From IMG/VR virus record IMGVR_UViG_3300009152_000030, positions 64,001-128,000 of that record: 64,000 nt of DNA, one strand, 5' to 3'. The notes beneath the pieces are model-generated. The model saw nothing but the letters and a program-made list of their open reading frames with translations, was not told where the DNA came from and ran no database searches. This document shows positions 28,632 to 40,600 of the stretch, one piece after another (the stretch's first letter is position 1; each line of letters begins with the position of its first letter). A program made the translations under genes and the position numbers. Origin of the DNA: a virus.

Positions 28632-29690
28632 ATGGAAATTGATATCTTTGAACATAAAGATATTCCCTTATATGTTATAGATATTCCTTACAACTTATCT
28701 AGTAAGTTGACTGTATTCTATACTCGTATTCCATGGGGAGAATATAAGAGAATTCGTTTTGCAGAACGAGCTCAAAGTATTGCTCCATGGGATCTAAAGA
28801 TGAAAATCTTTAGGGATTATACAGTTAGAGATCCAGGTTGGACAGATATGGAAATAGATCTATTGCCTGCAGGTGTAGTAGATACTATTGCAGATCTTAT
28901 TATGTATGTTAGTGATTCCGGAATCATACCTGATAAAGATGGCAGGATTAATATTCCTGCGTTTACATATAGATTAAATATGTATAGAAGCATTGCAAGA
29001 ACAAATGTTGAATATCAGATGTATACTGTTATTTGTCTGGTGTTCAAAGCCTATACTTTTGAGATGCTAGATAAACTATCTTTTGACAAGATATCAAGTC
29101 TGTTTGCTAGCGCTGAAAGATACTTGCTAGAGAATGGTATGCTCAAGCAGCCACTAGAAATTTACAATCCCGAAGACCAAATACCAGAAGAGGATTCAGC
29201 GCCTAAACCTCCTGTGAAGACTAATGTTGCACCAGACTCTGAAGAGGGTAGCTTCTTGAAGGAACTCTTAAAAGTAAGAGAACAGCAAGAAAAACAAGAA
29301 GCAAAGCTTAGGAAAGAAGAGGATGTTAGAAGGGAGCAACAAGACAAACCAAAACAAGAAGAAGAGATCAAGAAAAAAGTCCAAGAAAAAATAGGTAGAA
29401 CTGAATACATTCCACCAAAGGATGCTGTGGCTATTTCAAATGGCGTTGCTGTTAATGTCCCAGGAATTAAAATTAATAGAGAAAACCGACTTGGAGGATT
29501 TGAAAGTTCTGACTTTACTGGCGCAACCATGACAGATGCAGAAGCATTGGCAATGCAAATGGAAATGGGACTAATGCCAGCAGGGTATGAACTCATTGTA
29601 CAGAAGCAGGAAAGAGAGCGAGACGAAGCTGCTAAAATGCCAAAACAAAAGCCAAATTTCAAAAAGAGGTTTAAAACTAAACCAGAATAG
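28632..29690 (+). CDS. Second tail assembly chaperone-like protein
   Basis: Shares the LPAG motif (LLPAGVVDTI) with the previous gene and precedes the giant tail genes. Confidence 0.5.
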   Translation: MEIDIFEHKDIPLYVIDIPYNLSSKLTVFYTRIPWGEYKRIRFAERAQSIAPWDLKMKIFRDYTVRDPGWTDMEIDLLPAGVVDTIADLIMYVSDSGIIPDKDGRINIPAFTYRLNMYRSIARTNVEYQMYTVICLVFKAYTFEMLDKLSFDKISSLFASAERYLLENGMLKQPLEIYNPEDQIPEEDSAPKPPVKTNVAPDSEEGSFLKELLKVREQQEKQEAKLRKEEDVRREQQDKPKQEEEIKKKVQEKIGRTEYIPPKDAVAISNGVAVNVPGIKINRENRLGGFESSDFTGATMTDAEALAMQMEMGLMPAGYELIVQKQERERDEAAKMPKQKPNFKKRFKTKPE

Positions 29691-29737
29691 CAAGGTTTAG
29701 GAGAAAATAAGAATATACTCTTTTATAGTAAGTTAAT

Positions 29738-32700
29738 ATGGCTCTACCTAATGTAATTGCAGAACAACTTGCTCAATACCATGATCTTACCCAATCTGTG
29801 GAAAGATCACAGTATTCTGAAGATAAGCAAACATGGGCAGAAAGCTCTGGAGCTGCAGGCGAAGAAATAACTATAGCTGACCAAGCTCTAAATCTTGCAA
29901 TGAAGAGTGCAGCTGGTGGTCTTGTTTTTTTTATGGGACCAAGTGCAATACGTGGGGCCGGTGAGCTTTCAAAAAGCACAAAGTTCCAGTCTTGGCAATT
30001 AGGGGGAAGTTTTAGTCACGTCAATAAAGTAAGCGATGTCTTTAACCTGAAGACTGGCAAAGAGGCTATGAAGACTCTAAGAGCTGTTACTTTTAGAGCT
30101 AGTCAAGAATTGATGAATATTACTTCATCAGATGATCCTCAAAGTTTTTGGTATGCTGGCATTAAGAAGGTAGAGCAAAGTGGATTAAATTTACCTATAT
30201 TTGATAATGTTGTTAAGCTTTTTGCCAAAGCTACATATATGAGTGATGTTTTATCCTACACTACAAAAAGAAAAGGTAGAACAGTTTTGAACGTAAGTAT
30301 GAATGCTCTTGGGGCTACTAATAGATCCAGAACATTAGATTTATATGCAAAACAATTAAAGATGAATCGAAAGAAGCTAGAGTTATTAGACTATCTAGTC
30401 TTTGAGGATGGAGACGTATTTGCTGGTAGATTGAATATGTACGGCGAAGTAGTAGCGGCAGCTGGTCCTCAGAAAAAACTAAACAAGAAAGCAGCAAGAC
30501 TAGTTGACAAAGGTTTGTTTACCGAAGCTTTACTTGGAATAGTTGAACCTTCCCTTGGTTTAAAAAATAGAAAGACAGGGGCAACTTTTGCCGAAGGCAT
30601 TGGTGGAAAGGAAGGGTTTGTTCTGTTAGCCAAAGATAGCATAGACCCAGAGTTGAATCGACTAATAGGTCGAATGCAGAATTTAACTAAAGTACGGTTT
30701 TTGCCTGGTGCGAATGGGAGAGGAAACTCGCTTGCTGATCTTGGACTTTTTAAAAGCACTAATTTAAAAAGATATGCAACTACAGCATTATTAACTGAAG
30801 CTTACGGAACTATGGCACTCCAAAGAACCTCAAGATTGTTCTCGGAATTGTATAACCAAGTAGGTGATTTTTTTGAATATATATCGCCTGCGCCTAAGCA
30901 GAAGATTTACAACTTCTTATCTAAGAATAATCTTGCTCCAAGAATAGAACATGGCCATGGCGCAGCAATGCTTGTTAGGTATGCTGGCATGGCAGCTAAG
31001 GTTGCTTTTACTTTAGCAACTGTTAATCAGCTTGGCTGGAATATGATGAATGGAGATCCTGTTACTTCTACTGCCTCAGGAGCAGTTCAGACAGTTGGAT
31101 TAACTGTTGCTGGTGCTTATCTTGGAAAGAAAATTCCAGAGATCTTATCTGATGATTTAGGATTTGCTCCTGTCTTTAAAAAGATGGCAATGCAAGTCAC
31201 AAGTAATTCACAAAGGCGTACGCTTGTGGGCGCGGGGATGGGCGCAGCTTTAGGTGTTATGGGAATGGCCGGAGTAGGTCCATTTGCTGCTGGGCCAATT
31301 CCAGGAGTTGCTAATCTTGTAGCAAGAGGCAGTGAGATTAGAAGTTACATAGGAGAAATTGTTCCTATTAATGCGTGGCGACGTAGCGTTGAAGAGATGA
31401 TGCCTGGATCTACTGGAGTTATACCTGCTATGGGTATTGGATTTTTAGCTGGTGCAAGTTATGTTGCAGCAACTAGAGGTATTAGAATTTCTGACACTCT
31501 TAAGATTGGTGGATTATCTAAAGATACGATTGTTGAACAACAAGAAAGAGCAAAATTCCTAAGAGCTAAGTTTAGAGGCAAAGAAGGTATTACTCTTGCC
31601 GAAATGGGCAATGAAGTAAGAGAACAAGCTGGCAGGGTTCTTAGAGCTAATAAGGCACACCAAGATGCTTATGCAAATCTTTCTGATAAAGAAAAAATAA
31701 GATCGAGAAGAACGCTAGAGTCTACTATAAGAAAAATCAGAGGAGATACTGGTGGACTATCTGCTAAGCAAAGTGAGGTTGTAGAGCAAAATATGAATTC
31801 TTATATTTCCTCTCTTGAGAGAGAAGGAGAGTATGGACTATTAAATAATCCAATAGGAAAGGTTGCAGACATCTCTAACTTTGATCAAATAGCAGAACAT
31901 ATAACTGACCATACATATGCGGAAGCAAAAAGTAAAATCTTTGCAAGTGAAAAAAGTGCTCTTGGGAGACTGAGAGAGGCTATACGTGTTGCACCCAGAG
32001 CTAGAAGTATTCTATATGCCTCTACCGTGGCAGCTGCAGCATGGTTTGTCGGCACGGGCAGTATCGGTACCCTTGAGCGTCCCTCCGAGCTTAGAGAGCT
32101 AAACCAAGGCAAACGACTTGAGGCTGTTAGGCGTGGTCAGAAATGGGAAATGGGTCAGACAGGATATGAAGGAACAGATATACTCTATTACCGTCCTACT
32201 CTAACTGCGCGGTTAAGTTCTGGAGCTGCACAGGCCGGTGCCTCAGGTGGCCATGGTCCATTAATGGAAATGGCACTGAAGAACTTTACTTATAAACTTG
32301 AAAAGGAAAATTACTGGACTAGACCAGCTCCTATAACTGGAGCTGCGTTTGATCAAGTTCCTTTTATCTATCCACTTATACAACCTATTGCTGACCTTAT
32401 AAAGAAGCCAAGACTAATGCACGTAGGAGAGTGGGCTCGTGCAGACTCAGAAGGTAACGTTAAGTTAGTGGAACGCTCTACTGGGCTTGATGAAATTCCA
32501 GACTTAAGTATTGGCGGATTAGGAATGCCTGCTCCTTATTCTCCGTACTCTCCTGGTAGAGTATTAGGAGATTTCTGGGAACAAACAACCTCTCTTGGTG
32601 GACTTGTTGGTTTCTATGCAAAGACTGCAAAAAACTACTTAACAGGTACACCGGGAATTGCTGATCAAAGACAAGAGTTAGAATCCTTTTCTCGTAACAT

Positions 32701-34633
32701 GGATATGGCTAGCAGATTCTATGACTTGCAAGGTGGTGGTTCATTCTTAGGAATTCCTTTCGTATCAGAACCTATACGTCGTTTCTTGCATAAGGACGAT
32801 CTAAAGCAATATAATCCAATTCGAAATTCTATGCCTAGCTGGATGCCAGATAGTTTTAAGTTTGGTAACCAGTATACCAGTACTAGATACGGAGAAGGCG
32901 AATATAGAATGCCAGGAAAAGGATATGTAGCTTTACATACTGAACTAAAGGGTGTCAACCCAGAAGATTATCCTTTACTGCATAAAATGAATATTTTAGG
33001 AGATGTTGCCCCTCAGTCCCCGCAATACAAGGGTTATCGCCGTCAAGCTGAACTTATGAAAGCTTCAGGAGAAATGACTACAGAAGAACAAAAGTTCTTT
33101 TATAGACATAAGCAAATGGTAGAGAACAAAGCCACTGACAAGGGAATAGACTCTTACCAGTTTAAACCAAGTACTTATGACACCATTAGTGGAAATATTA
33201 CATCAGTAGATGCTTCTAGTATGAGCTTTACTGTTGCAGGATATGGTGGCAGGTTTGGCATAGCTGGAATATCTAATGACTCAGATGCTTTAATTAGCGA
33301 TTTTAACTTATCAATTAAACAGGCAGCAAAGTTAAAGACTAGGAATGAAAAAGCTTTCTCTAGTAAAATCCAAGTTGGCCAAGGTGTTACAGTTGATGTG
33401 CCAGCCAGCATTGGACAAGCGGTTGACAGTACTGGCGTAATCAGGGGTGCCGTTAGTAACAATGGCTTCAATGTTAACAAAGATATAAGGGAAGAAGGTA
33501 AATTTGCAAAAGATGATTCGCCTATTGCCGATTACGCAATGAGTAATCCAATTGGCAAAATGTTTGGTAGAGCATGGGAAGCCACAACTCATATTGCAAA
33601 TAGAGTGGCTCAGCCAATAGAACACATTGGTATGTTTGGTATGTCGCCTGTCAATAAACTATTACCCTTCAGAGATGCTCTTGAAGAATACGAATCAAGA
33701 GAACTTTATGGTACAGAAATGAAAGGATGGGATAGTCCTGTTGCTGGTTGGATAGCTCCTGCTATTAAATCTGCAATGCATAATTGGTTAGGGTTTGACT
33801 TTGAATCTCCTGGTATCAGAGAAAAAAGACAAACAGAGGAATATTTTGATAAGTTAAAATATGTAAAGTATTCAGGACTTTCACAGGCCGCAGAAATTCA
33901 AGGAAATACACAATTAGCTAATCAATATCAGAATATTGCCCAGGACACATACGTAGGAGGAACAGGTTATGTTTCGGAAGAAAGACTAGGGAATGTTCTA
34001 GGAGGTAGAGAATCTATGTTTGCGGCAGGGTTTGCCAGAGAAATGAACCCTGGAAGACAGGCAGAGATTATTGATGCATTGCCAGATTACAAGGCAAGAC
34101 TCATGGAAGGTTTCTATATGAACCAAGACCTAGAGGCAATAAACCGCGCAGCTGGAGCTGCACCTATGTCGACTTATGGTATGGACTATGCGGCAGATCT
34201 TATTGTGAAAAAACAAAAAGAAGGCTTTGATGTATCTGATCCTCAGTTGGTAGATAGTGCAAAGCTACAAGAAGTATCTCAATTTTTTAATCATAGATCT
34301 ATGCCTGCTGTTGACTGGATTGGTTTTAATCCTGCAGTTGACTTAGAAGATGTTAAGTTGAAGTACATTGAGAGCGAAGGTATGAACTACCATGACTTTG
34401 GTATTTATCCAAGTCGTGCTTCTTACATGCCAAGAAAGCCGTACATAGATGAAAAAGCAATGCAAGATTTGAATAACTTAAGTGCCAGAAATGGCCTGAA
34501 TGGAATGGCTAACGCAGCAAAGATGTATAGCTCATATGGAGTGAATAGTTATAATATCCAAGGACCTAATAGAAACCAAGATTTTGTTAGCTTAACATTT
34601 AATGAGTACAATACTCTTAATCCGTTTATGTAA
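29738..34633 (+). CDS. Giant tape-measure-position/ejection protein with hydrophobic helices and a degenerate thermonuclease (SNase)-like domain
   Basis: 1631 aa, located after the chaperones, with several Gly/Ala hydrophobic segments. SNase-like pattern at about 33185-33507. Confidence 0.55.
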   Translation: MALPNVIAEQLAQYHDLTQSVERSQYSEDKQTWAESSGAAGEEITIADQALNLAMKSAAGGLVFFMGPSAIRGAGELSKSTKFQSWQLGGSFSHVNKVSDVFNLKTGKEAMKTLRAVTFRASQELMNITSSDDPQSFWYAGIKKVEQSGLNLPIFDNVVKLFAKATYMSDVLSYTTKRKGRTVLNVSMNALGATNRSRTLDLYAKQLKMNRKKLELLDYLVFEDGDVFAGRLNMYGEVVAAAGPQKKLNKKAARLVDKGLFTEALLGIVEPSLGLKNRKTGATFAEGIGGKEGFVLLAKDSIDPELNRLIGRMQNLTKVRFLPGANGRGNSLADLGLFKSTNLKRYATTALLTEAYGTMALQRTSRLFSELYNQVGDFFEYISPAPKQKIYNFLSKNNLAPRIEHGHGAAMLVRYAGMAAKVAFTLATVNQLGWNMMNGDPVTSTASGAVQTVGLTVAGAYLGKKIPEILSDDLGFAPVFKKMAMQVTSNSQRRTLVGAGMGAALGVMGMAGVGPFAAGPIPGVANLVARGSEIRSYIGEIVPINAWRRSVEEMMPGSTGVIPAMGIGFLAGASYVAATRGIRISDTLKIGGLSKDTIVEQQERAKFLRAKFRGKEGITLAEMGNEVREQAGRVLRANKAHQDAYANLSDKEKIRSRRTLESTIRKIRGDTGGLSAKQSEVVEQNMNSYISSLEREGEYGLLNNPIGKVADISNFDQIAEHITDHTYAEAKSKIFASEKSALGRLREAIRVAPRARSILYASTVAAAAWFVGTGSIGTLERPSELRELNQGKRLEAVRRGQKWEMGQTGYEGTDILYYRPTLTARLSSGAAQAGASGGHGPLMEMALKNFTYKLEKENYWTRPAPITGAAFDQVPFIYPLIQPIADLIKKPRLMHVGEWARADSEGNVKLVERSTGLDEIPDLSIGGLGMPAPYSPYSPGRVLGDFWEQTTSLGGLVGFYAKTAKNYLTGTPGIADQRQELESFSRNMDMASRFYDLQGGGSFLGIPFVSEPIRRFLHKDDLKQYNPIRNSMPSWMPDSFKFGNQYTSTRYGEGEYRMPGKGYVALHTELKGVNPEDYPLLHKMNILGDVAPQSPQYKGYRRQAELMKASGEMTTEEQKFFYRHKQMVENKATDKGIDSYQFKPSTYDTISGNITSVDASSMSFTVAGYGGRFGIAGISNDSDALISDFNLSIKQAAKLKTRNEKAFSSKIQVGQGVTVDVPASIGQAVDSTGVIRGAVSNNGFNVNKDIREEGKFAKDDSPIADYAMSNPIGKMFGRAWEATTHIANRVAQPIEHIGMFGMSPVNKLLPFRDALEEYESRELYGTEMKGWDSPVAGWIAPAIKSAMHNWLGFDFESPGIREKRQTEEYFDKLKYVKYSGLSQAAEIQGNTQLANQYQNIAQDTYVGGTGYVSEERLGNVLGGRESMFAAGFAREMNPGRQAEIIDALPDYKARLMEGFYMNQDLEAINRAAGAAPMSTYGMDYAADLIVKKQKEGFDVSDPQLVDSAKLQEVSQFFNHRSMPAVDWIGFNPAVDLEDVKLKYIESEGMNYHDFGIYPSRASYMPRKPYIDEKAMQDLNNLSARNGLNGMANAAKMYSSYGVNSYNIQGPNRNQDFVSLTFNEYNTLNPFM

Positions 34634-34641
34634 GTTTAAAT

Positions 34642-37600
34642 ATGATTAGCGATAAGATTTTTAATCTATTAAGTATAGGATTAGGAGCACTTGCCTTTGG
34701 TAAAGCAAAAGGCAAAGATCTAACATTAGATGCTCTTCGAACTATGATTACTGGAACTAATGCGTCTCCTCTTGCCGGTGAGACACTTTCTGAGTTTCAA
34801 GGTGGTACATTTTTTGATGTACTAAGTCAGCAAAATAGAAATAATAGCAGAAGAGCAAATAGCAACGATTCCCTTGCCTATACTGTCAATCACGCTTTAA
34901 GCAGTGAACAATTAGCTTACCTATTTGATCAACATCAAAAAAGGTTCAAAGGTGACAGGGTTAGAGGAGGAGGTCTAAGTTTAGCAAGTAGATTTACTAG
35001 TAGTACTCCAATGGGAGCTACTGGAGTACCCGGAGGTATTCCTATTCTGGGTGGTCCTACTCCTATGAAGAATTTTACGTTTGCAGCAGATGGTCAAACC
35101 TTTATTGGACAACAGGCTGAGGCTACTCGTCAAACTATACTTGACATTATGACAAATAAACGTTTCTCTGGCATGTTCACGGGAACTCAAAAACAAAGAA
35201 GTTACGACTCACTTCTAAAGCGAGTACAATCTGAAAGTTTTGGACCAATGAATTCCAAAGCAGCCCAAAGAGGATTAAAACCAATTCTTAATAGTTTTAA
35301 TATGCTTTATGGTGGCGTTGAAGGTATGTCTGATACTTTTGCAAAAAGATTACATGGTAATCGAGCTATGCTTGAAACTGGCTCACGAGGATTACTTAAG
35401 TTTAGTACAGCTAACAATTCATTATCTAATGTAAGTTTTCTTTCTAATTCAGATTTAACTACTCAAGAACTTGAAAGAGTTAAAGATTTTGAATCACAGA
35501 TTCGCCAAAGAGGAGTTGGTGCTACATTTGATAGATCTAACATTGTAGAAATTAACCAAAAGATTGGAGCAAGTGATTATAAGAAATTTAGATATGCACA
35601 ATATAGAATAGGAGATGGTGATACTGCTGAAAGCATTATGATTCCAGTCCAAGATTTAGCTCATTATGTAGATGAAAGCACAGGAGGCCAAGTCTACCAT
35701 AGAGATGCAGCTGGTTCTGTTATGTATAGCCCAACTGGCAAAGTTATGCGTATTAACAAGGATAAGTCCAGTGAAGTAATGAGTGGACTTGAGTACTTGT
35801 TTGGCAAGGAAAGCAAAGATAAAGCTGGAAGGAGTGTTCGCTCTGGCGGGCAGATTATGAGTCTCATTGATAAAAGTATGAAGCAAGGTCAAAGAATTGG
35901 TAGTTCTTTATTTGGCGGAAAAGATGTAGACGTAGATGATCAGTATAAAATACTTCAATATGTGGATCCTGCAAGAACTCCGAGTAGAGCTTTGTCATTA
36001 AAAGCGGCACAAATGAAAGTTGTTCGCTCTATGAATCCTATGGATCCTGACGCAGATATTGATGCATCAGATGCTAGTAGACTAAGTGACTTTGATGAAA
36101 TATCAAGACAAGCAGCTAGTCATAATTATGTAATTGAACCACTTACAAGTCCAAACCAAACAAGAAAAGATATCTTTAACTGGAGAGGCGTCGAGAGAGA
36201 TGCCGCTGGTCAGATTGTAAGTACAAATACTCCTGACTATATCAGAGCAGCCCTTGGGGAAGTAGATCCCAGCACAGGTGAATTCTATTCTGTAAACGAC
36301 ATAGGTCGTCGTCCTGGCAGACATATTATCAATGCTTATAACGTAGAAAATAGAGGCTCTCAAAGAGCTCTTGGTCATTTACGTGCAACACTTGGTGATC
36401 TCTATGCATTCAGAGGATCAGGCGCATTTGCTGACATGGAGAAGTCAGGCATGATTGGATTTGTTCATGGTAGTTGGTTAACAACTAAAAGAAGCATGAG
36501 AGAAAATCCACAGGCCGTCCCTGAAGGTACTAGAATTAGAGTAGGAGCAAGTGAAGGAGAGCAAGTAGTTCATCCTGGCCGACACTTTACTGTTGATAAA
36601 AGCACAAAAGGTGATCCAGCTTCAAGGCAGGCATTTTCTTTCAATGCCAAGTTTAAAGGAATTATTGATGCAGCTGAGGCTGCTGGCACTGGGGACGCAG
36701 CCGCTAGACAAGCCGCCATTAGAAGGGAACTGGAAGCCAATCCTATTTTATTGAATGAAGGAGATTGGCTAGGTAAGTCAGTAGAAGGAGATGACATAAC
36801 AGACGTTACTGTTAATGTTCCTGGCCAAGGAAGACTTGCTGTTCTGGACGTTATTCCTGGAATGGATGATTATACTTTTAGCATTGGTAGAGTAAGTGGA
36901 TTTGGTGAAGGTACTAAAACCTTTGGCGCAACAACAAGTACAGAAAGTTCTTTGTTTGATGAACGGCTATCTGATGCTGAAAAACAATTAGTAAAAGATT
37001 TTTCTTTGGAACAGAAAAACCAATTCTATACAAAAGCTAAAGAATCGGCAAAAGCTAATAAAGTTGCTCTTTATGATCAAGAAGTCCAAAGACGTGCTCC
37101 AGAAATAGACGCAGCAAAAAAGGCTCTAGACGATCTAACGAATAAGAAAAAAATTGCCGCAGCTCAAAAAGAAATGCTAGGCAAGCGTAAAAAGTTTACT
37201 AGAGGTGAAGAGAAGAGATTTATGGGTAACTTAAGAGGCGGAGCCCTTGAGAAAGCTTATGAAGGCCATAAGGTAACTCTTGATGATAGGGCTTCGCTTG
37301 GTCAAGAAAGGGAATTGCTAGAGAGACTGCCTGAAGGGCTGTCTGAAATTTTTCCAGTTGGACCTAAAGGTCCTTCTATAACAAAAACTGCCATAACAAA
37401 AAGACTTAATAAGATTAAAAAAAGTATAGCAGATCTTGACGAGAACGATCTTACCCGGAGAAAAAAATATACAGTTCCAGAATCTGAATTGCTTGATGCT
37501 GTTTTTCCAAATAGACCAAGCTTTGGTAAAGGAACAGAAACTGGATCTATTTCATTGTTTGATTTGATAGCTGAAAGAGATCAGCTTCTAAAGACTAGAA

Positions 37601-40600
37601 AACAAAAACTTCCCCGGCTCAAAAGTATGGATTTCCAAGCTAAGGCTATAGGTGAAGTTCAAGCTCTTTTTAATATTCATGAAGAGGCAAAATTTTGGCA
37701 TAAAAATAAAGATGCTATAGGTTGGTTATCTAATCAATCTAACCTAGATGATAAAGACAAAATGCTTCTGTCAAGAATGCAAAATTACTTTGGAGGAACT
37801 GTAGAAGAAGGTGAAGATGGAAAACGTATATACAGAGACGGTGTTTCTAAAAGACTAAAAAAGCAGCAAAAGAAAGTAAAAGAACTTGATACTGAATTTA
37901 GAAGAAGAGGATTTGGGCCTTTAGCTGAGGCTGAAAAATACTTTCGTGATAATCTTGAAAGATCAAGAGCAAAAGACAAAAACAAACCCTCATGGATGAG
38001 GGCATCAAGAGTAAAACTTGATACAGCATTAACATCAACATTTACTGCTCCGACAAAGCGTGATTATTCTGTCTTAGAAAGAATTGCAAAAAAATACAAA
38101 GAAAATCCTGCCCGCGCAGGGGATGCTTCTACAAATATGATCCAAGAAATACTTGGAATAGACAAATCTCAGCAATCAGCATTTGGTATGTTTTTCAATG
38201 TTGAAGGTGATCCAGATCCAGATAGTGCCTCTCAGAAATATTACTCTGATCACGGCACAGGTCTCTTTGAAAGAGGAGAAGGAAGATTAGGTGCTACTCT
38301 GAATAGTTCAGGCATTCCATTAGCAGAAAGAAAAGCTAATAAAAGTTTAATGAAAGTCATAGGCAGTGACGCAGAAGAGCAAGCTGCTTATAAGGAAGAA
38401 AATCTTAATAGACTTAAGCAAGTAAATAAGATGATTGCAAAAGGAAAAACAATTGCATATAGAAGAATAGCAGCAGATCTAGGAGAACAGGAAGCAGTTA
38501 AGAAGTTTGGATCTGTTGCTGAACAAATTGATCTAAAACCACAAGTTGCAGCAGCTCACCAGGCTTTAAAAACAATCAATGAAGAATTGGCTAGTTTTAA
38601 AGATCAACTCCCCGGTTACGATCCAGACGCAACAAAAAGTGGTTGGGAATCAATAAGAGATTCCGTCAGAACAGGAAAAATTAATGATATAGTGACAGCA
38701 AGATCTGCACCTGCTATTGAAAATGCATTTAATCAAGTTGACCCTGCGTTTATGGGATCAACTGCAGCAAACAGAACTCTTCCATTTACAACCTTTATAG
38801 GTGAAGGTCGTAACTTTACAAAAGGAACCAATATCCGACAAATAAGAACTCAGCAAGAAAGTGCAATAGGTTTTTTGTTGAATAGGTTTGATGCAGATAA
38901 TAATCCTACTCTAGGACTACAGGATATTAGAAATTATGCAGGAGATATAAGTTCTCCCGCAAATCCAGCTTATCAAGCTTTTCATGCAGGCATGAGAAAA
39001 GGATTAGGAGATGAGAACTATTCCCTAGAAGATACTAATGCATTGATTAGCTATTTAAAGAGAGCACAAGATGCGTTCAAAGAAGATCCATCTCTTCTAA
39101 AAGAAAGAGAACAATTACTAGGTAATGTCTTTGGCTTTGAACAGGGAGGAACTGATCAGGCAGGGTTCCGTCTTGAGAATCTAATTGAGAGTGATCCTCA
39201 AGCACTCTTAGATCTTGGCTTAGACAAGGACTTTGTTGATAGCCTAGGTGCTGGTATCAAGAACTCAAAGCAAGTGTTTAATCTTTCATTACATGGAGTA
39301 GCAGATTCATCTTCTGTAATCGAAGGTAACAATGCAAGAATGGAACGTCGTTTTATTGACCATGTTTTCTATCAGTTAATGGACTCTCAGAATGAGCGTC
39401 ATGGACATATGAAAAAAGTATGGGAAACGATACAACAGAGAGTCATGACTTATGATCCTGGCTATGTTGAGCAATTAGGTAGCTTTGCAAAAAATGCAAT
39501 TCGTGAAACAACAAAGAAAGATAGAGTTTTAGATCTTGGAGGAACTGATGCTGAAGATCTTCGCCGCAAGGCTCTTAGCGCTATAAGGACAAAAGGTGGA
39601 TTCCTAAAACATGGAAAAGATCAGATTTATATCCCAGCCGCAGACGAGTTAAAGAAATTATCTTTAAGAGATTCAAGAGCCGGCCGCCACGTTGAAGATA
39701 CAGACCTTGAGGAGATGATTACTGAAATACTTAGAACTGTTGAAACAAACATAACTGATGTAGACAAAAAAACCTTTGCAACATTGAGGGGCCAACTTAT
39801 GCAAGTTGGAGCAAGAAAAGGAATGGAAGCTTTCAACGCCCCATTTGAAGGAAGACTTCGTGGAGCAGAATATGGAATGGTCATTGCAAACTTAGATGAT
39901 AAGGTTGCAAAAGAAACTCAAGGCTATGGTGTTGGTCTAAGTAGAAGAGTTATTGATGAGCACTTTAATGAAGCAATGAGAACTGCTTCTAAAAGTGAAA
40001 GAAACTACCTGAAAAAAATGAAGAAGGGAGTACTAGAAGAAGGCAAATACTACGCCGTTATGGGTTGGCAGAACCCGCAGATAGGCCCTGAGTCTGTCTC
40101 TACAATGGCAGGGTATTACGATGCCCGCAGAGACAGGACAGGAGGGTATACCGCTAATCTTCTAGGAGAAAAAGTAGATTTTGAAGGTGCAAAGATTTGG
40201 AAAAGAATTGGTGGCTTTATCACAGGTAAAACATCGTCAGACTTTGACGGTGACACTGCGGCAGTAATGATGGTTGGTGCTGGTGACAGAAATAGATCTG
40301 GTAAGAATATTTCAGATTACTGGCAACAACAAAGTGACTTAATTAGTCAACCTAGTTTAAGCAAACAATATCAACGTCAGAAAAACTACGGCTTGAGAAG
40401 CCAAAGCAATGAGGCTACTCTTGAGAAATCTTTCAAAGATCTACTGAAAGGCCCAAATATTTCGCCAACTAGAAAGCAAGAAGCTTTCCTTAGGCAAGCT
40501 GGACAAGAAGACGTTGGTCTAATCTCAAATACTGCCAGAGCTATGCATAGAATAAACTACATAATGAAAGGTACTGGCGGAATTGATAGTGGATCTTCTG

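Noticed and set aside
28590-28640. Lambda G/GT-type -1 frameshift between the two tail chaperone genes
   Set aside because: The second gene is in the -1 frame, but that frame has a TAA at 28626-28628, downstream of the first gene's stop. No fusion is possible.
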